Source of the DNA: Akkermansia sp.
GTDB lineage: Bacteria; Verrucomicrobiota; Verrucomicrobiia; Verrucomicrobiales; Akkermansiaceae
Length of the DNA: 64,000 nucleotides
Assembly (NCBI GenBank): GCA_017517385.1
Contig: JAFWZG010000039.1
Span: 6,153 to 70,152 of the forward strand
Direction: 5' to 3'
The notes below the pieces were generated by a model. That model searched no databases, was not told the origin of the DNA, and saw only the letters and a list, made by a program, of their open reading frames with translations. The position numbers and the translations under genes are program-made. This document shows positions 20,707 through 28,387 of the stretch, in pieces. Numbering within the stretch: position 1 is the first letter of the stretch; each line of letters begins with the position of its first letter.

Positions 20707-21648
20707 TCAATCCTCTCGTTCAAAGGGGGATTTTAGAGGGAAGCGCGTTTCTAGAAAACGCACCACTTGCTCACGAGCCTCATCTGTAGAGAATTCCCCA
20801 TCATTGATGCAAAATAGGGCAGGTCGATAAGGAATCAAAATTTCAGGTGGTTGGAGGTTGGATAGATGCATGGAATCAATGCGGGCTATATGAAGTCTCT
20901 TCATAATCCGTTGGATTATAGTTTTGCTGACATCTTTCATCTTGGCCTGCTTTTTGACTAACGCATATAAGTGAAATAACAGACGTTGCAAGCATGCTTC
21001 ATTGCGAAATGGTTGATGGATAGTATAATGGAATAAATCAGAGAACTCCTTTTCACAATTAGCCAAGATGTTTTTTGTGTACGCATCCATATTGTGATGC
21101 GGTTCATAGCAACCGTAAGTAACGCCATAGCGTTGTTTAATAGTATTATAAGCGGCTTGTAAAGTTGTCCAATACAAATCTTCCCAAGGAGTGGTTTTTT
21201 TCCACCGGACTATGGGTTTTCCCATCCGTTCGTAAAAGAAAGACGGGGATACATTTCGTCCTACAAAACAGTCGTCGTTAGCATAAATAAAATGCTCTGC
21301 CAGATTGGGGATCTTATGCAAGCAGCACTCTAATGCCTGAGAATTAAAGCAGGGACGTGCAGATTCGGGAAGTATTTCGGAGTGGTCGACAATGGTAATT
21401 TTTTCGTGCGGGCGAAACCATTTCGGCACTTGATTATTGGTGACAATATAGATGTGGTGAATCCAGGGCATGTACATAGCCACGCTTCTGAGGCTGTATT
21501 TCAGCTCATCTACTTGCACATATCGACAATCTTCGTTGCCTTTTGCTGTTGCACCGCATTGTTGCATTCGAGCACACTTCTGCTGCGCGAACTTTGTATC
21601 GCTTCCATCACACCACAGATAGACTAAATCTATATCAAAGTTTTTCAT
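20707..21648 (-). CDS. Stealth family hexose-1-phosphate transferase
   Basis: CR1 IDLVYLWCDGSD. CR2 ELKYSLRSV...PWIHHIYIVT...FNSQALE...IYANDD. CR3 H...AYTK. CR4 FCIND. Confidence 0.9.
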   Translation of the reverse strand: MKNFDIDLVYLWCDGSDTKFAQQKCARMQQCGATAKGNEDCRYVQVDELKYSLRSVAMYMPWIHHIYIVTNNQVPKWFRPHEKITIVDHSEILPESARPCFNSQALECCLHKIPNLAEHFIYANDDCFVGRNVSPSFFYERMGKPIVRWKKTTPWEDLYWTTLQAAYNTIKQRYGVTYGCYEPHHNMDAYTKNILANCEKEFSDLFHYTIHQPFRNEACLQRLLFHLYALVKKQAKMKDVSKTIIQRIMKRLHIARIDSMHLSNLQPPEILIPYRPALFCINDGEFSTDEAREQVVRFLETRFPLKSPFERED

Positions 21649-21663
21649 GGTTTTATGGGGAAA

Positions 21664-21810
21664 TTATCGGGTTGATAACGGAATATATACGCATTTACAC
21701 CCAAAGAATTCAGCGCTGTGTTTCAGCACTGTATAACTAGCATACGCCAGTAAAAGCCCCCCGTAATTTCCTGTAAGAGGGTGAGTGAGAATCAATGTTT
21801 TTGCTTTCAT
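21664..21810 (-). pseudogene. 5' relic of a third polysaccharide pyruvyl transferase gene
   Basis: Translates MKAKTLILTHPLTGNYGGLLLAYASYTVLK..., matching MKKVYILTHPLTGNYGGLLQAYASYKTLE of 18355-19473, then diverges and stops after 48 codons. Not in the ORF track. Confidence 0.8.
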
Positions 21811-21824
21811 CCTTTAAAATACTA

Positions 21825-22829
21825 TCAGAACTCACGTACTCCCAGTTCTACTTCATACAGAGGTGAGAGTTTCTTCATTTTCCGAACTACAGCATTAAAC
21901 AGTAACCTGACAATCTTAGCGTAGCACAAGCAAAAAAAGTGATTCACATATGCACCGGCCAGTAGCCAAGAAGTAAGAAAAGCGCCATTAAGAGCTTTGC
22001 GCTGCCTGATTTCATCCTTCCATGAGAGCAGACTACACCCTCTAATGCGGCCCCACCAATTCAGCAGAGAATAAAAACGGAAGAACAGTTTTGCGGCCGG
22101 AGTACAATCTTTCTTAAGATACAACTCCTGATGACAAATAAAAGCCCCATTATAAGAGCTATCACGCCCCAGCATTTTTACAGAATAATTATGAGATGCG
22201 GACGTATCGCGCATTCTGTATTGAACAGTTGAACAATTTGCCACACCGATTGCAGGGTGTTGCATAGCGATGCGGCACCACGCAACATTATCCTCATACA
22301 TCTTAATGCCAAGCGGAAATAATTCATCATGACAAATGGCAGACTTACGAATAATACAACTTGAACTCATCGGGTCATTACTTGCCCCAAGGAACCAATT
22401 AACGGCCCTATATTCAACCTTACCTTTTATACCAGACGCAACCAATTTATCATCAATAACTGAGACCATCGAAGGGCGAGTATAAAACCACTTGTATTCA
22501 GGATAATCTCTGAAAAACTTTAATGCAATTTCTAAATGGTTGCATACCCATATATCATCACCATCCAAAAATGCAATGAATTCACCTCGAGCTTCTCGTA
22601 TTCCCTTGTTACGGGCTACACTTACTCCGGAATTACTCTGATGAAACACACGAAGTCTAGCATCTGCCTGTTTCGAAAGAATTTCAGCGGTTCTGTCCGT
22701 TGAGCCATCGTCAATAATGACTATTTCATAATCACCAAACGTTTGCTTATATACGGATTGCAATGTTCGCTCCAAATACTTCGCGACATTGTATACCGGA
22801 ATAATGACGCTAAAAACGGGAGTATTCAT
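21825..22829 (-). CDS. Glycosyltransferase family 2
   Basis: SVIIPVYN, IIDDGSTD, NSGVSVARNKG and FLDGDD motifs. Confidence 0.9.
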   Translation of the reverse strand: MNTPVFSVIIPVYNVAKYLERTLQSVYKQTFGDYEIVIIDDGSTDRTAEILSKQADARLRVFHQSNSGVSVARNKGIREARGEFIAFLDGDDIWVCNHLEIALKFFRDYPEYKWFYTRPSMVSVIDDKLVASGIKGKVEYRAVNWFLGASNDPMSSSCIIRKSAICHDELFPLGIKMYEDNVAWCRIAMQHPAIGVANCSTVQYRMRDTSASHNYSVKMLGRDSSYNGAFICHQELYLKKDCTPAAKLFFRFYSLLNWWGRIRGCSLLSWKDEIRQRKALNGAFLTSWLLAGAYVNHFFCLCYAKIVRLLFNAVVRKMKKLSPLYEVELGVREF

Positions 22830-22846
22830 AACACATTTAGAATTAA

Positions 22847-23752
22847 TTACACACTCTTAACTCTCATCTTAAAATACTCTGTCCAGTAAATCCATTTGAG
22901 GCGCCACAGGTAATGTCTAGCGACCGTATTCGGGTACATTATTGTTTTGGAAAACAAAGGCTGCACCACATCATCAATGGCAGAAACGATTTCCTCGCGG
23001 GTCCACCTGTTATCATATTGACTATCCATGATAGCAAATACGGTTTGCTCTGCAAAATCCCCACAATGTTCAGCCTGATAGCGAATACACTCCAGCGCTT
23101 TGTCATTGAGCATTTTCAAGCCGCCGTGAATGTAAACAACGCCACAATTTATCGGCTCCTCTGTATCATACAAGTACTCAGAACCCGAGGCTTTAATAAA
23201 ATGAGGGTCATAGCTATGACATGAGTCGATAGAAATCTTGAAATCCGTTGTGTTCCACTCATCATTCCGCAGGGGAGTACCATACCACAATACATCAGGA
23301 TCAGAGAAAAGCACCCTATCTGTCTCTGAAAGATAAAGAATGGCAGCCATCTTCTTCCCCCAGATGTGCTTTTCAGCCCAGGTTGTTAGTTCAGGCAGAG
23401 TATTTAGGTAAAAATCCGCACAGTGCTTCCAAGTCAGACATTCCACTTGGAGCCCCCGCTTTCGGAAATATCGAACACCATATTCCGGCTCCCAGGAACC
23501 GTCGGACACAATGACAACTCGAGAAGGCACAACTTCAGAATTACGATACAAACTAAACAACGACGCCTCTACCATGTCCAATGCAGATTTTTTACTGATG
23601 CTCAGGTACGTATAATCACCAACGCTCTTTTCTTTGGCCGGAATTCGGGCAGGAAACACTCTGGCGAGAACTCTGCACGCACGCACAAAGTTCCGCTGGC
23701 TCCAATCTCGCTTCCCCGAGACAGAGCGTATGAAATCTGAGTTATCTATCAC
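22847..23752 (-). CDS. Putative GT-A fold glycosyltransferase (GT8-like)
   Basis: First gene of the locus (GTG start). VLFSDPDVLW (DxD), INCGVV and AEQT motifs. Confidence 0.55.
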   Translation of the reverse strand: MIDNSDFIRSVSGKRDWSQRNFVRACRVLARVFPARIPAKEKSVGDYTYLSISKKSALDMVEASLFSLYRNSEVVPSRVVIVSDGSWEPEYGVRYFRKRGLQVECLTWKHCADFYLNTLPELTTWAEKHIWGKKMAAILYLSETDRVLFSDPDVLWYGTPLRNDEWNTTDFKISIDSCHSYDPHFIKASGSEYLYDTEEPINCGVVYIHGGLKMLNDKALECIRYQAEHCGDFAEQTVFAIMDSQYDNRWTREEIVSAIDDVVQPLFSKTIMYPNTVARHYLWRLKWIYWTEYFKMRVKSV

Positions 23753-23759
23753 GATTTAG

Positions 23760-23787
23760 ATTATATTTAAAGCTCGAAAATAAGCAA
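23760..23787 (-). promoter_or_regulatory. Promoter of the polysaccharide locus
   Basis: Minus strand TTGCTT, 16 bp, TATAAT, ending 7 nt before the GTG start. Confidence 0.55.
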
Positions 23788-23871
23788 GTCTATTCTGGTT
23801 CATGCCAGCTCAAAAAATGCCTATCACCTACGCGGCTCCCCCCTTTGCGTGGCGAGATGCCTAAAAGCATA

Positions 23872-23899
23872 CGGGTAGAGAAGTTGCCTTCTCTACCCG
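23872..23899 (-). terminator. Hairpin or terminator downstream of the SlyB-like gene
   Basis: Perfect 12-bp stem CGGGTAGAGAAG/CTTCTCTACCCG. Confidence 0.7.
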
Positions 23900-23925
23900 G
23901 AATATGAGAATCTAAATCACCGGCA

Positions 23926-24402
23926 TTAATACCCATCGGGTACAAAGTGAGCATCGGAACCGTGGTGGTAGTTACCGTGCATGCCGGCGGAAACGGGGCC
24001 GAACTCTTTGTATACGGGCTGTACGAAGGAGTAGGTAGCGCCGTTACGGCCGTCCACCTTCACGGTGACGCGCTGACAACGGGTGTTACCCATGGAATCG
24101 GTCAGGTAGCGACCGGCAAGAGCACCGGCTACACCGAAACCGGCAGTGGATACGATACGGCCGGAACCGCCACCAAGCATCTGGCCAAGGCCGGCACCCA
24201 GAACAGCACCCACACCGGTGCCAACAGCCTTAGAAGTGGAGGAGGTCTCACCCGTCACCTCATAGGCGGAAACTACAGTGGCGGGCAGCACCTGCTGAGT
24301 CACACCGATTTTGTTGGAAGAAACAGAACCGTAGCTGGAATCCCAAGCACAGGAAGAAAGACCAAGTGCAGCTGCCACAAGAAGAATGGTTGTCTTGTAC
24401 AT
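23926..24402 (-). CDS. Outer-membrane lipoprotein, glycine-zipper 2TM (SlyB/Pcp-like)
   Basis: Lipobox LSSC. GTGVGAVLGAGLGQMLGGGSGR...GALAG zipper. Confidence 0.85.
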   Translation of the reverse strand: MYKTTILLVAAALGLSSCAWDSSYGSVSSNKIGVTQQVLPATVVSAYEVTGETSSTSKAVGTGVGAVLGAGLGQMLGGGSGRIVSTAGFGVAGALAGRYLTDSMGNTRCQRVTVKVDGRNGATYSFVQPVYKEFGPVSAGMHGNYHHGSDAHFVPDGY

Positions 24403-24479
24403 AATTCTAATAGATTGGTTGTATGATAAATATTTGTGGCCGTTAGCAGACGCCGACTGCGCCTCCTCGTCACATCGTT

Positions 24480-24508
24480 ATGCTACCCTTTTTCACATCA
24501 TCCGTCAA
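24480..24508 (-). promoter_or_regulatory. Sigma70-type promoter of the SlyB-like gene
   Basis: Minus strand TTGACG, 17 bp, TAGCAT. Confidence 0.55.
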
Positions 24509-24568
24509 GCAAAAAAGAGTTACAAATAAAAAATAATTAAAAATTGATATATAAAAACTTCTCTAACG

Positions 24569-24605
24569 AAAAAAAGCGGGGTATCCGTATAACCAGACAC
24601 CCCGC
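24569..24605 (-). terminator. Terminator of aspS
   Basis: Minus strand GCGGGGTGTC...GATACCCCGC followed by T7. Confidence 0.8.
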
Positions 24606-24627
24606 GAATTGAAAACGGTATATTTTA

Positions 24628-26481
24628 TCAGGCGTTCTGCTCAGCTTCAGCAGCAGCCTTTTCAGCCTCAAGCTTCAGGCGAAGTTTCTCAGGAAGCTTG
24701 ACCTGAATGTGAATGTCACGCAGCTGATTAGGCTCAGCCGGAGCGGGAGACTCACTCATAAGGTCTGCGCCACGATTGTTCTTGGGGAATGCAATCACCT
24801 CACGAATGGATTCGCACTGCCCGATAAGCATCACGACACGATCCAGACCAAGGGCAAGACCACCGTGGGGGGGAGCACCGAAGGAGAATGCTGCCAGCAG
24901 GTGGCCGAACTGCTCCTCAATGGTGGCGTCATCCAAGCCAAGGGCGCGGAAGGTAGCATCCTGCAGATCCTTCTCGTGAATTCGGATAGACCCACCGCCC
25001 AGCTCATTACCGTTGAAGATAACGTCATAAGCCTCAGCGCAAAGATCCGTAGAAATCTCGCCCTTAAGCACCTTCTCCACATCCTCAGGAACAGGGCGGG
25101 TGAAGGGGTGGTGCACAGCGCAGAAGCGCTGCTCCTCGGCGTCCCAGCCGAAGAGGGGGAAGCGGTTCACCCAGAAGAGGTCAATGTCAGTATTGCCCTT
25201 GAGCAGTTCCATGAACTCACCGCAAGCCAGACGCACACGGCCGAGGATGGTGCAGCTCTGCTCCCACTCACCGGCGGCGAAGAAGATGCAGTCACCGCTC
25301 TCGATGTTCAGGCGCTCGATGAGGGCATCAATCTCAGCCTGAGAAAGGCGCTTGGTAATGGGGCTCTTCCACTCCTTGGTGTTAGCGACGTCACGCACCT
25401 TGATGTAAGCAAGGCCCTTAGCACCGGCCTCAATAGCGGTCTGAGTGAGGGAATCCACCTGACCAACGGAGGGGTTGAAGCCCTTGGCGTTAATAGCCTT
25501 CACCACGCCACCATTGGCAATAGCACCGGAGAACACGCGGAACTCGCTGTTGGCGAAGATGTCAGAGCAATCCGTAATCTTCATTTCGAAACGGCGCTCA
25601 GGCTTGTCAGAACCATACTGATCCATGGCGTCCTTCCAAGTCATGCGGGGGAAGGGAGTGACGATGTCACGCCCCACGGACTCCTTGAACACGCGCTTAA
25701 GCATGTTCTCAATCCATGCGTACACGTCCTCAGGGGTAATGAAGGAGGCCTCGATATCAATCTGAGTGAACTCGGGCTGGCGGTCTGCGCGGAGGTCTTC
25801 ATCGCGGAAGCAGCGGGCCACCTGGAAGTACTTCTCCATACCGGCCACCATAAGCAGCTGCTTGTACTGCTGAGGAGCCTGAGGAAGAGCGTAGAACGTG
25901 CCGGGGTTCAGGCGGCTGGGCACGAGGAAGTCACGAGCGCCCTCGGGTGTGCTCTTGGAGAGGATGGGGGTTTCAATCTCAAGGAAGCCCTGCTCATCCA
26001 AGTAGTCACGCATGGTCTTGGTAATGCGGTGACGCAGAATCATGTTGCGCTGCATGGGGGTACGGCGCAGGTCGAGGAAACGGTACTTCAGGCGGATATC
26101 CTCGTTGGCGATGTTGCGATCCAGCTGGAAGGGGAGCACAGCCGCGCGGTTGAGCACGTTCATGGAGGCGGCGTCCACCTCAATCTCACCGGTAGCCAAA
26201 TCAGGGTTTGTGGCGTCCACCTCATCCGTCTTCAAGCGGGCTACAACCTTGCCACTCACCTGAATAACGGATTCCACGCGAAGATTTTCAGCATCATTAG
26301 CCAGCTGAGCATTATTCTCAGGGTGGAAAACCACCTGAGTTTTGCCAGCGCGGTCACGGAGGTCGATGAAAATCACACCACCGTGGTCGCGAACGGTATC
26401 CACCCAGCCCACAAGCGTCACCTGCTTGTCGACATCAGAAAGGCGGAGCTCATCGCACGAATGTGTACGGTAACTGTTCAT
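24628..26481 (-). CDS. aspS: Aspartate--tRNA ligase, probably non-discriminating (Asp/Asn)
   Basis: Start reassigned to MNSYRTHSC (26481). RDHGGVIFIDLRD, LPQAPQQYKQ, FRDEDLRADRQPEFTQ, GAD insert and GAPPHGGLALGLDR motifs. Confidence 0.97.
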   Translation of the reverse strand: MNSYRTHSCDELRLSDVDKQVTLVGWVDTVRDHGGVIFIDLRDRAGKTQVVFHPENNAQLANDAENLRVESVIQVSGKVVARLKTDEVDATNPDLATGEIEVDAASMNVLNRAAVLPFQLDRNIANEDIRLKYRFLDLRRTPMQRNMILRHRITKTMRDYLDEQGFLEIETPILSKSTPEGARDFLVPSRLNPGTFYALPQAPQQYKQLLMVAGMEKYFQVARCFRDEDLRADRQPEFTQIDIEASFITPEDVYAWIENMLKRVFKESVGRDIVTPFPRMTWKDAMDQYGSDKPERRFEMKITDCSDIFANSEFRVFSGAIANGGVVKAINAKGFNPSVGQVDSLTQTAIEAGAKGLAYIKVRDVANTKEWKSPITKRLSQAEIDALIERLNIESGDCIFFAAGEWEQSCTILGRVRLACGEFMELLKGNTDIDLFWVNRFPLFGWDAEEQRFCAVHHPFTRPVPEDVEKVLKGEISTDLCAEAYDVIFNGNELGGGSIRIHEKDLQDATFRALGLDDATIEEQFGHLLAAFSFGAPPHGGLALGLDRVVMLIGQCESIREVIAFPKNNRGADLMSESPAPAEPNQLRDIHIQVKLPEKLRLKLEAEKAAAEAEQNA

Positions 26482-26542
26482 AATATGATGCTTGATAGAG
26501 ATTACGGCCGGCCAAACAAACACGTAGGCCGAAGCAGCCAAG

Positions 26543-26570
26543 ATTCTACTCTTTGCAGGCCTATTGTCAA
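26543..26570 (-). promoter_or_regulatory. aspS promoter
   Basis: Minus strand TTGACA, 16 bp, TAGAAT. Confidence 0.65.
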
Positions 26571-26603
26571 GACAAATTTGGCCTCTTAAGGAAGAGCTGC
26601 CAC

Positions 26604-26643
26604 AAAAAAGCAAATACGGCGGAGCCTTGTACAAACTCCGCCG
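26604..26643 (-). terminator. Terminator closing the Hsp70-like cluster
   Basis: CGGCGGAG/CTCCGCCG stem, then TATTTGCTTTTTT on the minus strand. Confidence 0.65.
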
Positions 26644-26688
26644 CAAAAATAATCTTTTTCGCCGTTTAGCGACAGGTGGCGAAAAGCG

Positions 26689-28359
26689 TTAGCCCCTTCC
26701 CTCCAGCTTGGCGCGAATGAGCTCTGCGCACTCGGTGTGCCTGTAACGTTCAGCCACGCGAATGGGGGTGCTGCCATAGCCATTGGGCTTATCCGGCTGA
26801 ATGGTCGGAGCAGCCAGAAGCGCCTTCACACAGCCGGCATACCCCTTGTAAGCGGCGTACCAGAGAGGAGGCCATCCGTTATCGTTCGGTTTGTTCACAT
26901 CCGCACCGGCAGCAATAAGAAGCTTCAGGCAAGGTACCATGGTTTCACGCAGAGCAGATTGCAGAGGAGAACGGCCAGAGCTATCAAGCTTGTGAACATC
27001 CGCGCCGGCGTCTATTAGGGCCTTCAGGCATGCGGCATCATTTACTTCAAGTGCCAGGAAGAGGGGAGTCCTCCCGTTATCATCTGTACAATCCGGAGAA
27101 ACGCCGCCGCGGAGAATAGCTTCCACGCTTTGGGCATCCTTCCTCTCCACTGCGTCAAAAAGCATAGCAGGAGTCGCCTCCACACTATTAACTGCACTAT
27201 TAACCGGGGGCAATTCCTCACCCACAAAAAGGGTTGATAAAATCGTATTTGCGATATCCGAGACTTCGTCATCCTTGCTAACCTCCGCTAATGATGACTG
27301 CCACTTGCGATACGGAACCAGCATAAGAGCACCCTCAGCCGCAGCCTCCGGGAAGGACGCCCAAGTACGCGTCTTCAATCCGATACCGCCAGCCAACTGG
27401 GAGGAAATGTATGTCAACACGGGAGATGAACCTATGAGCAATACCATTTCAGGCTTTTCTTTAGCATCCGCCTGCTTGTCAATATCCTGTATGGCCGAGG
27501 CTATACGCTCCACGTCCCGTGTCAGCAATTTCTCGAAATCCGCGCGGTTAATATCGGCGGCTGTCAGTACTCCATTTTTAACAACACGGAAGACGCAGGC
27601 CTCAGCGGCCGACAGCCTGCGCTTCATCTCGCGCACACCGGCAAGAACAGCTGTAGCAGGAGACAACACACCCCCTGCCCCCTGAGCTTTAATCAATTCG
27701 CCCACATAAGAAGCCAACTTTTCATCAATAGCCTCACCACCCGCAGCATTTCCTAAATGAACACTGCGAGTTAAATACCCCTCCGCAGAACTGCGCACCA
27801 CATGGGCAATCTCCGGCGTACCACCGCCCCAATTCACCACCAGAGCACTTGTATTGAACGCCTTTGCGCCACTATAGCAACAATAGGCAGCGCCGGCTGC
27901 CTCCACCTCCGGCACAATCATTACCCGGGGAAATCCAGCGCTTAATGCGGCGGCAGACAACTCTTCCTTCTGAGCGGCCTGAAATCTTGCAGGACACGTC
28001 AGCACGGCCCCTGTAATTTCTACAGCCTCCTGATTTTCATCCTCCTTTACTCGGGCCAGAATCTTTTTCAGGAACTCACGCAGCAAATCACAGGCCTTGT
28101 ACTGCCCGAGCAGACACTTATTACTCCCCAAATGGGATTTGAACGCACGGCAATAAGAGGCCGGATTTTCCAAGCCCATCTCGTCAGCATCCTCACCAAA
28201 CACCAACTGCCCATCCTCACAGAGGAAAGCAGTAGAGGGAATAGGTGCATCATAGCGGCCAAGACGGAAGAAATACGGGCGACCGGTGTTCACATCAGCC
28301 GCCGCAAGGGTTTTTGACGTGCCGAAATCTATAGCAAGTGTTACTTCTTTTTTTGTCAT
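26689..28359 (-). CDS. Hsp70-like ATPase domain (degenerate) fused to ~5 ankyrin repeats (Hsp70-D)
   Basis: AIDFGTSKT, VLTCPARF..AQK, PEVEAAG, NWGGGTPE, GGEAID, RADFEKL, LIGSS. No substrate-binding domain. C-terminal GRTPLF, GRSPLQ and GWPPLW ankyrins. Confidence 0.85.
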   Translation of the reverse strand: MTKKEVTLAIDFGTSKTLAAADVNTGRPYFFRLGRYDAPIPSTAFLCEDGQLVFGEDADEMGLENPASYCRAFKSHLGSNKCLLGQYKACDLLREFLKKILARVKEDENQEAVEITGAVLTCPARFQAAQKEELSAAALSAGFPRVMIVPEVEAAGAAYCCYSGAKAFNTSALVVNWGGGTPEIAHVVRSSAEGYLTRSVHLGNAAGGEAIDEKLASYVGELIKAQGAGGVLSPATAVLAGVREMKRRLSAAEACVFRVVKNGVLTAADINRADFEKLLTRDVERIASAIQDIDKQADAKEKPEMVLLIGSSPVLTYISSQLAGGIGLKTRTWASFPEAAAEGALMLVPYRKWQSSLAEVSKDDEVSDIANTILSTLFVGEELPPVNSAVNSVEATPAMLFDAVERKDAQSVEAILRGGVSPDCTDDNGRTPLFLALEVNDAACLKALIDAGADVHKLDSSGRSPLQSALRETMVPCLKLLIAAGADVNKPNDNGWPPLWYAAYKGYAGCVKALLAAPTIQPDKPNGYGSTPIRVAERYRHTECAELIRAKLEGRG

Positions 28360-28387
28360 TGCAGGAAAAAAATATCTTTAGTCCATA

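Noticed and set aside
23753-23925. Invertible promoter for the polysaccharide locus
   Set aside because: No inverted repeats flank the promoter and no recombinase is nearby.
24709-26589. 626-aa plus-strand ORF antisense to aspS, and similar long antisense ORFs (8894-10231, 41234-42409, 42412-43374, 48362-49240, 54208-54918, 55052-55792)
   Set aside because: Shadow frames of well-supported, codon-biased genes. No motifs or independent start signals.
26482-26646. N-terminal extensions given by the ORF track for aspS (also kdsA, lptB, the spermidine dehydrogenase, rnd and the PH-like gene)
   Set aside because: Family homology begins at a downstream Met, and several extensions run through predicted promoters.
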